This document shows positions 40,621 through 51,860 of a stretch of 64,000 nt of DNA, piece after piece. The position numbers were made by a program, and so were the translations under genes. The stretch spans positions 12,648,001-12,712,000 of the forward strand of contig NC_043013.1 of assembly GCF_006345805.1 (NCBI RefSeq), in the 5' to 3' direction. Origin of the DNA: Octopus sinensis (Eukaryota). A model generated the notes under the pieces. That model was not told the origin of the DNA. It was given only the letters and a program-made list of their open reading frames with translations, and made no database searches. Within the stretch, counting starts at the first letter, position 1, and each line of letters begins with the position of its first letter.

Positions 40621-41589
40621 GATCCACCAAGTTGCTCTCGATCCATTCGTTTCAACATGTCGCTCTATATATCGCTTGCAATTTACCAGCACCGCCGCAA
40701 CCACCGCCGCCAGTATCACCGCTGCCACCACCAACACCACCACCACCGTCGCCGTCGCCGCCGCCGCCACCACCTTCGCCACCATCGCCGCCATCAACAT
40801 CACCAGTAGAACAACAGGCGCATGCATGGCTGTGTGGTTAAGAAGCTAGCTTTACAAACTCGTAATCTCAGGTTCAGTCCCGCTCGGCGACGCGCCTTGA
40901 GCATTATTTTTCTATCATATATCCCCGAACCAACTAATGTGTGTGAGCGAATTTCGCAAACGGAGACAGTATGGAATCCCGACAACGGGCACTGGTTTGT
41001 TTTCAGCCCCGTGATTTGGTTTAAACGACCAATAGAATACCATACTTCAAAATAAATAAATAAATACTGGGATCGATTTGATCGGCTAAAAACCGCCCAA
41101 GGTGGTGCCCCAGCATGGACGCATTCCTTAAGCAAGTAAAAGATTAAAGGTATTACTCCGACTACCAACACCTCATGATTCCTGGGAGTATCTAGGGGCC
41201 ATCCTCTCACTATTGGTAATTTTATGTCTATCGTTAAGGAAGCGAGGTGGTAGAATCGTTAGCACGCTGATCAAAATGCTTAGCGGCGTTTCGTCCGTCT
41301 TTAGGTTCTGAGTTCTAATCCCAGCGTGGTTGACTTTACCTTTCATCATCCCGTGGTCCGATAAAATAAGTATAAGATGAGCACTGGAATCGATTGTAAT
41401 CGATTACCACTCCCCTGAAATTGCTGGCCTGGTGCCAAAATTTGAAACCATTATTGTTATCATTGTGGAGGCACATAGCCTAGTGGTTAGAGCAGCGGAC
41501 TCGCGGTCGAGGGATCGCGTGTTCGAATCTCAGACCGGGCGATGTGCGTGTTTATAAGCGAAACACCTAAGCTCCACACTTAGGTAAAT

Positions 41590-41820
41590 GCGATGAGCTG
41601 GCAGAAACGTTAGCACGCCGGGTGAAATGCTTAGCGGTATTTCGTCTGCCGCTACATTCTGAGTTCAAATTCCGCCGAGGTCGACTTTGCCTTTCATCCT
41701 TTTCGAGGTCGATTAAATAAGTACCAGTTACGCACTGGGGTCGATATAATCGACTTAATCCGTTTGTCTGTCCTTGTTTGTCCTCTCTGTGTTTAGCCCC
41801 TTGTGGGCAATAAAGAAATA
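41590..41820 (+). mobile_element. SINE family C monomer (tail 1), following a B2 head
   Basis: Ends GCCCCTTGTGGGCAATAAAGAAATA then (TAT)n. Other C copies: 1-240, 41243-41450, 52008-52222, 60440-60570. Confidence 0.85.
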
Positions 41821-41822
41821 AA

Positions 41823-41878
<56 letters not shown>

Positions 41879-41962
41879 CATCATCATTATTATTGTTGTT
41901 GTTGTTGTTGTTGTTGCTGTTGTTGTTGTTGTTGTTCTTGTTGTTCTTCTTGTTGTTGTTAC

Positions 41963-42600
41963 TACCTCCGCCTTAGCGAAAGCAGAGCCATTGCTTTCAG
42001 TCGTGTTTGCTTGTTTGTCCGTGGTTAACATATCTCAAGAACTGCTGGATGGATTCGGATGAAACTTCCAGAGATGTTTGGCCTCGTGACTGACACATAC
42101 TCATTAGATTATGGAATCGATCCGGTACCGGACAAGAATTCTGAATTATTTTTCCTGTTTTTTTGTTCGTTTTTTACTTAATTTTTGAGAGCAGTCAGGT
42201 TCATTTTTAGTATTCTTGTTTGTGAGAGCAGTCGAGTTTATTTCAGATATTCTAATTTAAAAATTTATCTTTGGCTAATCGTTGAGAGGACGATGGTGTT
42301 GCCTTGTTTTTATTGGTTTTTGCTTAGGCATTGCATAGCTTACATTTGTGACAGCTGTTGCAGTTGATGTATTTTGTGTAGAAAATATTACGCAGAGAGG
42401 TTTTGCCCCTGGATTGTATGGCTGTAACTTGCCGTTAGTGCGTTTTTTACCCCCTCTATGCTTTGTGGTTTAGCTTCAAGTCTCCAACTACAAGCTTCGT
42501 AGTGGTTTAGTTACTGTTGTATTAAACAAGTTTTCCAATGTCCCTTAAACGAGATGTCTGCTAGCTTCTATTTCATGTTAATCTATAAATTCATTATGTA
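41963..42600. mobile_element. Probable non-autonomous Helentron/HINE-like repeat
   Basis: TACCTCCGCC start; GGATGGATT..ATGAAACTT; GATCCGGTACCGG, motifs I recall from this repeat class. Confidence 0.45.
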
Positions 42601-42679
42601 TTGCACTGATGTATTTTGCTTTCGAATTCGAACACTTTAGCAACATTGATACCGAGGTTTTCTTTCTATTCTCCTGATA

Positions 42680-43100
42680 TGGCTGTATGGGGAAAACTTT
42701 GCTTCCTAACTACATGGTTCTAGGTTCATTCCTAATGCGTGACACCTTTAACAAATGTCTTCTACTACAACCCGGGCTGATCAAAGCGTTGTGAGTGGAT
42801 TTGGTGAACGGAAACTGAAAGAAGCTCGTCGTATATATGTATTTATATGTATGTGTGAGTGTGTGTGTGAGTGTGTGTGTGTATGTGTGTGTGTATGTGT
42901 GCTTGCGCGCACACCTTTTTGACACTTTTTCTCTACCCATCCAGTCGCTTGACAACCAGTGTTGGTGCGTTCACGTCTTCGTAACTTAGTGGTTCAGCAA
43001 AAAGAATCAATATGATAAGTACCAGCCTGAAAATGAATAAATAGTGGATTCGATTCGGTCGACTAAAATTCTTCAAGGCGGTGCCCCCGCATGGCCGCAG
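42680..43100 (+). mobile_element. SINE family A, diverged
   Basis: GTGAGTGGATTTGG..GGAAACTGAAAGAAG core and GCATGGCCGCAG tail. Confidence 0.75.
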
Positions 43101-43368
43101 CACGGAATTTTGTCAGTGAACAGGTCAGTGTTTATAAATGGCTTATAAACACCTTCCATGCTGCAATTGTCTCTTCCTTAATGGATCCATCCCACCTGTC
43201 TGAGATACTTGTGAGTATCCGCCCAGAAGTATTAAGGTTGTACTGACAAACCGTAAACTTTTAGTTCGGAGGGAATGGCAAAAGCTTTCTTCGTCCTACA
43301 ATCAAAATGTGCCGCAGGAATCAATAAACTGAATTTCAATGCTTGGAGAATATTGTGCAGAGAGTTAA

Positions 43369-44175
43369 TCTCTCTATATATAAACGGCAGTTTGTCTGTC
43401 TGTGTGTCTGTGTGTCTGTCAGGTTGTACCCTCACCCTGACCACGGCTTTCAACCGATTCTGATGAAACTTGACACACACATAGCCCAACGTCTTAATTC
43501 AAAACTAACGCAGCGAAAATTTTGAAAAGTTCCCACAGTTCTGAAAAAAAATCGATAAATTCGACATGGGTCGAGAATCTAAGCATTTTATATGCAACAC
43601 ATTTTCTACAGACTGTCTAGGGGACGCAACTCGACATTTTTAACTCTCGGAACACGTGGGGTAAGTATCCCAAAATGTATAAAAATGTACAAAAACGGCA
43701 AAAAAGCGGGCAGCAATGTGAGTGACAACAACGAAAAAGTCAAAAGTGACCAAACTGAACAAACGAATGGAAAAGGTTTTTTGATGCACACGACAAAAGC
43801 TGTTTATAATAAACCAAGAGTTTGCAAGTAGCGTCCGAGAACCCTTAGGGTACGTCAAAAATTTAAGGTAAAACGTTTGGGGTGGTAGTTATAAAGAAAG
43901 TGTAAACAAAAAAAGTATTCGAATAACTTGCGGCTGCAGCAGCTATTAGCAGAAGTGGCGGTGTTGGAGGTAAAGTCTCGAATGTAATTTCTTCCTGGTA
44001 GGAATTGGTTAGGTTGAATTATCGATAGCTGTTTGATAGTTATTTGGGAGTGAAGAGAAGACATTGCAACCTACACATGCGCCTTTGTTCCCTAGAGGGA
44101 AAGGACTAGATTGGGATTAGTCGTTGCCTACTAGGGGCTCTTACATACCCGGGCAACGCCGGGCTATGCTGCTAG
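43369..44175 (+). mobile_element. Non-autonomous Helitron
   Basis: A|TC start, subterminal hairpin CCCGGGCAACGCCGGG, CTAG|T end. Confidence 0.85.
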
Positions 44176-45039
44176 TAGATTGTAAAGCTTGAACATTTTA
44201 GGTAGTTTTAGCCAATCAAAAGCCACCATTATACATATGGACAAAAATATGTTGGTGTGTGTTTCCATAGTTACAAACAAAGCTGTCGTCTGCTCTGTTA
44301 TCATAACAAGAACGCTATACTTGAGCGACTGTGATACTTTCACCACCGCAACCACCACAGATTTTGTCGAGCCATATCATTCTGCGCTTGTGTTATTTCT
44401 GTCTGTCACAAAATGATCGACAGAAATGCATTTTTCTGGGAACAAATGAACCCCAAATTCGGATTCAGTGTAAATAATTACACCAATACACCAACTTTGA
44501 AAATCTTCACTTCAATTAAAAATTTCAAAATCTTTGACAGCAACCGAAAAGATCCTATTTTACTAGTATATAGCGCTGATAGTAATGTTAGTGTTGGTAG
44601 TGCTATTGGTATCAGTAACGGGACGGTTGTTTCAATGTCAGCTATGGTCGTAAAAGCGAAGTTCCGCTTATTAAAAGTGATTTGTGTGTGTGCACGTGTG
44701 GACGCGCGTGCGTGTGTGTTGGATGTGTGTGTGTGATTTAGTCTGAATGACGCTAAATTGATGAATAAAAGATGTTTCTATTATTTAGAACAGAGAAAAA
44801 AGGATTATCAGTTAATGAGTTAACCAGTTAACCTAGGTTTGACCAGCGTATTTCTAGAGAAAACCATTAAAAAATACGCTTAAGACGGTCCTGTACGCCT
44901 GCATCCCTGTCGCTAGCGGCATGTATGTATGTATGTATGTATGTATGTATGTATGTATGTATGTATGTATGTATGTATGTATGTATGTGTGTATGTATGT
45001 ATGTATCTATGCATGTATGTATGTTCTGGTTATGACTTT

Positions 45040-45310
45040 AAGCAGCATCCGGTAGTGGGAGGGGCCTTGGTACAGGAATTCCAAGGTCTTGAGGAGTGTG
45101 GAACCACCCCTTAGACACTACTGTTTCTAAGTCAATTCTGATCCAGGGTAGTAACATCTGTTAGGGGCCCAGTTATGGGTCAAATAGCATGTGAAGCAAT
45201 TGGGAGTGAAGGACCTCCTACTTCTTTTTAGAACTGCCTTCTAGGAGAAGGTAAACTCATATACAACTGAAGAGAAGTTGGTTTCTGGTCTTCTGAACCT
45301 CTGTCGTGCC
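45040..45310 (+). mobile_element. Probable RTE-type 5' region remnant
   Basis: CTAGGAGAAGGTAAACTC resembles RTE 5' leader sequences; no ORF. Confidence 0.35.
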
Positions 45311-45679
45311 ACAAAGCAGTCCTCAAACATGGTTTGTTACTTCAAATACAGTATTTATAAAGAACAATGTGCTCAGGTAAACAGCAATTGGCGAGCGTTG
45401 CTTGTTGCCCTCATTATTATCATATCGTTTATCATTTCATTTCATTATGTCTTCGTCCAACCCGCAGCTTCCTTTCTTTGTAAGGCCTCTATGGCCAATC
45501 TAATGAATAAGTGAATAAAAGCAGTCCTCAAACATGTCTGCAGAGACTGAAACCAGGGACTGAAACAAAGAGGAAAAAGAGTAAACTTCGTTTCAAAATT
45601 AGACGCCATTGCAACAATATTTGGTCGCTGTCGAATCTGACACCCGAGCAGTCTTTTGCATGCGTTAAAAAATGAAACT

Positions 45680-45785
45680 GTACTAGCTACGGCAGTACAT
45701 ATTCTAAAATTGGAACGATGCAGAGAAGATTAGTATGGCACCTGCGCAAGGATGACACGCAAATTTGTGAAGCGTTCCATATTTT
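45680..45785 (+). pseudogene. U6: U6 snRNA pseudogene, full length
   Basis: 106 nt with about 9 differences from vertebrate U6 as I recall it; ACAGAGA box reads GCAGAGA (45720), catalytic AGC triad reads AGT (45734); no upstream TATA box seen. Confidence 0.92.
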
Positions 45786-45828
45786 GTAATGGGTGCAGGC
45801 GTGGCTGTGTGATAAGAAGCTTGCTTCC

Positions 45829-47695
45829 GGTTCCAGTCGTTCTGAGTTCTTCCTTCGCCTGTTGAAGTCGTCATGCTGGTGTGCAGCGGACGAAAATTGA
45901 ATTTCTAAGACGCTCTACTATAAGGTAAGACTTTTTGCTCTTTGAGTCCAGTAGGATTTGTTGCCTGTAGGTTTAATTTTTTTGTACAAGCAAGGAGTTC
46001 TTACTGGATTCGGAGCTTTTTGTCTGCTTTGCGGTGGAGACGGGTGTGTGTTCTCACATAATTGTGAGAAATTGTTTAATTCTCTGTGGATTATACAAAG
46101 GCATGGAGTACCTTTCGGCCGAAAATTATTTCCTTTGCCAACATTTGAACTCTGCTTCTTATCTATCATTTAGTTTTAAAAAAAAACTTTATTGAACTGT
46201 AATTTTTTTCTTCCTTTCTGTTGTGTCTTTCTTTTTTTTTGTATCTTTCTTCATTTGAAACTCTATTGTGAACTGTATTTGAACTTTTTTTTTAAATAGC
46301 AAAGGAATTATTAGTGTGGGAATTTACACCTCCCAAAACATGGCTAAAAGAGCTCGAAAGGAAGACGATGGTATTGAGGACTTATTCAAAGTCGCTAGAT
46401 ACCATAACCGTCTTCCCGAAAGCCACAATTCTGAAAGAGCTGGCAGAATACATGCCGGCCATTAAATTTATTTCACGGGGAGTCAAATATGCAACGGTCT
46501 GGTTGCTATTTGACTCCCCCAAGAAGCTTGCGAATTTGCAAGCCGGCCCCTGGAGTGCAAGGAAATTATGTTCCTTCCCATATATTGTGGGAAGAAGCTG
46601 ACGAGGGTTTGGGTCTGCAGTTTGCCACCCGGAATTGAGCCCGAGTGGATAGAGGACTCTATCCGCCGGGATCTGGGTGGTAGCAGTACCAAGCTGCTCA
46701 ACGCGAAAATTTTGCCTGCGGCTGATTGGGAGGGTCAAAAGCTGTTTTGACCCTATGGACCCAATCAGCCGAAAGTCTGGTTTACCTAGATTTTTTTAGG
46801 ATGGCCGGGTCTAGGTATCCGGTGATGCTCGAGGGACGCCCCCCGCCAAGTGTCACCTGTGCCTGGAGACCGGCCACATCAAGAAAAACTGCCTCAAGGA
46901 CCAAAATAGGATCCTGGAGCAGTTATTAGAGCAATCACTACCTGCTCCCTCAATGGAGAGAGAGAGAAGGAGGAGGATGACGAGGAGGTTTCCACCTCCT
47001 CGAAAAAACGAAAGCGAAAGGTGGGGAACAAACCATTGTTGCCCACCGAGGGCTGCAGGAGAAAAGGAGGACCTGCTGGACACAGCAAAGGAACACCACC
47101 TTCCTGCGGCCCAAGGGAAAAAGAAAGGAAAAAAGAAAAACGGGACTTTGCCGGCGGGTTGTGACACGCTGTCGGCGTGTCCCGATTCTCCTTCGGCGGG
47201 TGTGCCGCTGGAGGAGGAATTTGTGGTCTTCTTCCACAAGGGAGGAACTTTACAGAATGAAATTTAAAAATTTGAAAGGAAGCGCCGGGGGGGGGGCTTC
47301 TGTCCTGCACGGAGGACCCTGAGTGGCCTTCGCAGGTGGCTGCAGAGGTCATATGGTATAACGATCTGTGCAGCATAATGAATTCCTTCCCAGCGGACTC
47401 CTTTAGATATATGACCAAGTGGTCCGGCTTGGAACCGAATAGATGCTTCAATAAAGCGAGGAGCCTGATCGGACAGAAAACTTGAAGTTTTGAACGTTTG
47501 GACTCAAAAAGAGTCTCCAAAATGTAAAAAGTGAGAGGATTATTGCCTCGTGCGTGTGTTTTATTTTTTCAATTTTGAACTATGCAAGAGGTTTATAGCC
47601 TCATTGTGCTTAAAAAAGAAAAAAAAAAGAATTCTGAACTATGTAAGAGGTTTATCGCCTCATTGTGCTATATATATATAACAAAAAAAGAAATA
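45829..47695 (+). mobile_element. ORF1-only Tx1/L1-type non-LTR element (half-LINE) inserted into a SINE head
   Basis: 15-bp TSD AAGAAGCTTGCTTCC (45814-45828 and 47696-47710); A-rich 3' end; frameshifted gag-like ORF1; no EN or RT motifs seen. Confidence 0.8.
46340..47480 (+). pseudogene. Degenerate L1/Tx1-type ORF1 (RRM-like region + CCHC zinc knuckle)
   Basis: RVWVCSLPPGIEPEWI..., YPVMLEGRPP-KCHLCLETGHIKKNC (CX2CX4HX4C at 46851-46892); at least 3 frameshifts. Confidence 0.75.
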
Positions 47696-47852
47696 AAGAA
47701 GCTTGCTTCCCAGTCACATGGTTCCGGGTTCAGTCCTACTGCATGGCACCTTGGACAAGTATCTTCTACTATAGCGTCGGCCGACCAAAGCCTTGTGAGT
47801 GGATTTGATAGACAAACCGAAAAAAGCCCGTCATATATATATATATATATAC

Positions 47853-47908
<56 letters not shown>

Positions 47909-47911
47909 GTG

Positions 47912-47936
<25 letters not shown>

Positions 47937-47943
<7 letters not shown>

Positions 47944-48185
47944 AAATTAGGGTATCTGAGAGATACTACCATGCTGAAGTAGCAGTCAAAACCCTAAAAC
48001 AACCTTAAATGATTATATCGCACCAGGAGAGAGGACAGAAAAACAAAATAAACTAGCAAAAAAGATTTTAAGTTTATTTGTCTTTCTGTCCTCTCTCCTG
48101 GTGCGATATGAACATTTAAGGTGGTTTTAGGGTCAGAGTTTTGACTGCTATTTCAGCATCTCTCAGATACCCTAATTTATAGTTT
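47937..48185. repeat. Foldback palindrome, arms of about 115 bp
   Basis: 47937-48053 vs 48072-48185; 18-nt spacer; a few indels. Confidence 0.9.
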
Positions 48186-48334
48186 AAATAATTATTACCT
48201 TTGTATGGTATTTATTCCCATGCTGGCCACTAGATAAGATCGATATTTAAATATCGATATTATCCTTATTTATAAAATTATATATATATATATATATATA
48301 TATCTATACAATATGTTACATTACTCGGTAGTCA

Positions 48335-48397
48335 AGATAAAACTCTGAGTTTCAGATGCCGAAGTGGAAATCCACAACACCATCTCTTCGGTTATCT
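48335..48397 (-). ncRNA. Same hammerhead-like motif in inverted pLTR
   Basis: Reverse complement of 51798-51860. Confidence 0.65.
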
Positions 48398-49209
48398 GGC
48401 TATTTGAAAACGTTATGAAAAAATACCGTTAAAAATGAAGGGAAATTACTCTGTTATAACTCTGCTTTGCCTGCGTACTTATACATCGCTCGCATTTTTC
48501 GTCATAAAAATTATATAAAAATACATAAAAATATATAAAAATATATAAAAATATATAAAATCTTCTTGGGACATAACACAGAAAGCATGTTCTATCCGTT
48601 TTCTTTAGGGGACCAAAAACGTAACAGAAATTTAGTCACATGTGGGCATGATCCGAAAAGCTCTGTCCTTGTATTTAGACATGTGGTAGGGTCTAAGCTG
48701 CTTTTCCAGATAAGCCATCTCTCCATGTCGCATAAACCGCACCTTCCACTGCCGTTAGTGTAGGGCTTACATCTGGCCAAAATCTTCCATTGTATGTTAT
48801 AATCGACACCTTTATCTCTTAAAGACCAAATATGATTGGATAATTGTGTCGCTTTTCTTTTGTTCCAGTGCCTATGCGACATGGAGAGATGGCTTATCTG
48901 GAAAAGCAGTTTAGACCCTACCACATGTCTAAATACAAGGACAGAACTTTTCGGATCATGCCCACATGTGACTAAATTTCTGTTACGTTTTTGGTCCCCT
49001 AAAGAAAACGGATAGAACATGCTTTCTGTGTTATGTCCCAAGAAGATTTTATATATTTTTATATATTTTTATATATTTTTATGTATTTTTATATAATTTT
49101 TATGACGAAAAATGCGAGCGATGTATAAGTACGCAGGCAAAGCAGAGTTATAACAGAGTAATTTCCCTTCATTTTTAACGGTATTTTTTCATAACGTTTT
49201 CAAATAGCC

Positions 49210-49272
49210 AGATAACCGAAGAGATGGTGTTGTGGATTTCCACTTCGGCATCTGAAACTCAGAGTTTTATCT
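49210..49272 (+). ncRNA. Type I hammerhead-like ribozyme motif in left pLTR (variant core)
   Basis: Stem I AGATAA/TTATCT; core CCGAAGA; stem II GATG..GTGGA-TT-TCCAC..CATC; extra T; GAAA; palindromic stem III ACTC-A-GAGT; GUU site. Confidence 0.65.
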
Positions 49273-49477
49273 TGACTACCGAGTAATGTAACATATTGTA
49301 TAGATAAATTTCCTCTATTTACATAATATTGAGGTCTCTTTCTTTCTTTTGTTATCTTACCGTTTTATCAATAAATCACCTCCTGGACGACGTTATTCTC
49401 AACTAAGAGCTAATACGACCTTTTTGGGATTATCGCCTAACATCGGTTGAGGACTCTCACAAACAAAAGAATCTAAT

Positions 49478-51603
49478 ATGGACGCATATCACATAGATTA
49501 TTCTATGAAAAATATACCGATCCCATCAAAGGATTTTTACTCTAAGAAACTTCTGCAAAAAATTACTGATGTAATTAAGCGTATGAGATGGAAGGCTTTC
49601 TTTTTTGACACAGAAGCGAACACCAAGGAAAACATTTTCTATCGGATAAAATCCAAAAAATTCCCTCCTAGGATTAAAGGCTTGGAAGATTTCGAAGCGG
49701 ACCTGCTGAAGATCATGAGCAAAATAAAGTTTCGTAAGTCTTTTAACAATTTCCAACATAAATTGAAAAAAGATATTGATCATATAAAAAGCTCCAAGAA
49801 AAAAGCACTTTTTTCGGATAAAACCAAGAACTTATACCTGGTAGATAACAGCAAATACACACAACTCTTACACAACAGCATTACTAATAATTATACTAAG
49901 GCTAGGGCACAGACATATAACGAAATTAATAAAGAAGCTAGCGTCGTCGCCGCTAAACTTAAATTAGATAAAAAAATAGAAACCCTCCCCCAAAAAGAGG
50001 CCTTTATTACTATTAAAGATCACAAAGAAAACTTCCTTTCCAACCCTAAATGTAGGCTTATCAACCCAGCCAAGTCAGAACTAGGGATTATTAGCAAAGA
50101 AATTTTAGATAAAATAAATACGAAAATTAAGACCGATACTAGGCTAGTGCAATGGTCCAATAGTATAGAAGTCGTAGACTGGTTTAAAGCTATTAAGAAT
50201 AAGAAAAAAGCGAGGTTTACACAATTCGATATTGTTGATTTTTATGCCTCTATCTCTAAAGAACTGCTAGATAAAGCCCTAATCTTCGCTAGTGACTTCA
50301 TAGAAATTAGTACCAATGATAAGGATATAATCTTCCATGCTAGAAAGACATTACTTTTCAGTGAGAATGCAAAGTGGGTAAAAAACACCGACACGGAGGG
50401 CGCTTTCGATGTGAGCATGGGTTCATATGATGGGGCAGGCATCTGTGATCTAATTGGACTCTTTCTCCTAGATACCTTCGGTAAGACATTCCTAACGTAC
50501 ATTTCGCCATCTACAAAGATGATGCCCTCGCCTTAACAGCTAATACAAATAGACCAGCACAAGATCGTTTTAGGAAGGATATTATCCAGTTAATGAAACA
50601 CTTCGGACTTAGTATAACTATAGACACTAACCTGACGGTTGTCAATTTCTTAGACGTTTCCTTAGATCTTAATAATAATATTTATAAGCCTTATAGGAAG
50701 CCCAATGATAGACTAAGTTATATTAATGTAGGTTCATGCCATCCCCCTATAGTATTCAAAAATTTAGTTAAAAATATTAGTAAGAGGATTTCTAGCCTTT
50801 CATCTAATGAGGACATCTTCAATAGCGTTGCCCCAGTTTATAATAAAGCTTTAAAAGATAGTGGTTTTAGCGAAAAAATAAAATATACATCTATCACCAG
50901 CCCAACAGTAAGGAAAAGGAATAATAGAAATAGGAAGGTCATCTGGTTTACGCCCCCTTACTCACCCGAGGTGGCCTTCAATATAGGTAAATATTTCCTA
51001 GCACTGATAGATAAACATTTTCCAGTTAACCATGCTTATAGGAAACTCTTCAATAGACACAATTTAAAAATTAGTTTTAGTTCAACTACCAATTTTAAAA
51101 ACATAATCAATCACAACATACAAAAAACACAAGAAGAAAACAGCTGTTCATGCAGGAATAAAGAATTGTGCCCGCTAAATGGAGCTTGCATGTCCAAGAC
51201 CATCATATATGAAGCTACCGTAAACTCTATAACCACTAAAGACACCGTTTCGACGAAGAAATACGTGGGCCTGACAGAGGGTAATTTCAAGGCCAGGTTC
51301 AATAACCACACTTTGAGTTTTAGGCACTGGAACAAAAGAAAAGCGACACAATTATCCAATCATATTTGGTCTTTAAGAGATAAAGGTGTCGATTATAACA
51401 TACAATGGAAGATTTTGGCCAGATGTAAGCCCTACACTAACGGCAGCGGAAGGTGCGGTTTATGCGACATGGAGAGATGGCTTATCTGGAAAAGCAGCTT
51501 AGACCCTACCACATGTCTAAATACAAGGACAGAGCTTTTCGGATCATGCCCACATGTGACTAAATTTCTGTTACGTTTTTGGTCCCCTAAAGAAAACGGA
51601 TAG
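49478..51603 (+). CDS. PLE polyprotein (reverse transcriptase + GIY-YIG endonuclease), split by one frameshift near 50490
   Basis: N-term YSMKNIPIP..KRMRWKAFF; RT motifs FTQFDIVDFY, MGSYDG, and YKDD (50512-50523, in the frame of ORF 50593-51603); CSCx5CPLxGxC; IIYEAT..YVGLTEGNFKARFNNH; CGLC; CPH. Restoring one base gives about 708 aa. Confidence 0.88.
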
Positions 51604-51797
51604 AACATGCTTTCTGTGTTATGTCCCAAGAAGATTTTATATATTTTTATATATTTTTATATATTTTTATGTATTTTTATATAATTTTTATGACGAAAAA
51701 TGCGAGCGATGTATAAGTACGCAGGCAAAGCAGAGTTATAACAGAGTAATTTCCCTTCATTTTTAACGGTATTTTTTCATAACGTTTTCAAATAGCC

Positions 51798-51860
51798 AGA
51801 TAACCGAAGAGATGGTGTTGTGGATTTCCACTTCGGCATCTGAAACTCAGAGTTTTATCT
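51798..51860 (+). ncRNA. Same hammerhead-like motif in right pLTR
   Basis: Identical sequence to 49210-49272. Confidence 0.65.

Larger units (their letters stand above)
45790..47835 (+). mobile_element. SINE family A 5' half, split by the half-LINE (45790-45828 + 47696-47835)
   Basis: The two pieces join into a continuous family-A head once the insert and one TSD are removed. Confidence 0.85.

Noticed and set aside
44180-44740. ORFs in unique sequence next to the Helitron
   Set aside because: No recognisable motif, stops in the best minus frame, no convincing splice pair.
45859-45905. Hammerhead-like string CTGTTGA..GAC-GAAA in the half-LINE leader
   Set aside because: No stem I can be formed next to the core.
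45925-46299. Possible intron (AAG|GTAAGA..TTTAAATAG|) in the half-LINE leader
   Set aside because: Only consensus look-alikes in T-rich sequence; no spliced copy or transcript to support it.
47950-48000. Hammerhead reading of the foldback arm (CTGAGAG..GAAATAGCAGTC)
   Set aside because: Core and stem II are defective, and GAAATAGCAG also occurs in an unrelated common repeat (e.g. 1955-1975).
50593-51603. Selenoprotein-type Naiad (UGA for Cys)
   Set aside because: The conserved Cys positions are all read as Cys, there is no in-frame TGA, and the stop is TAG.
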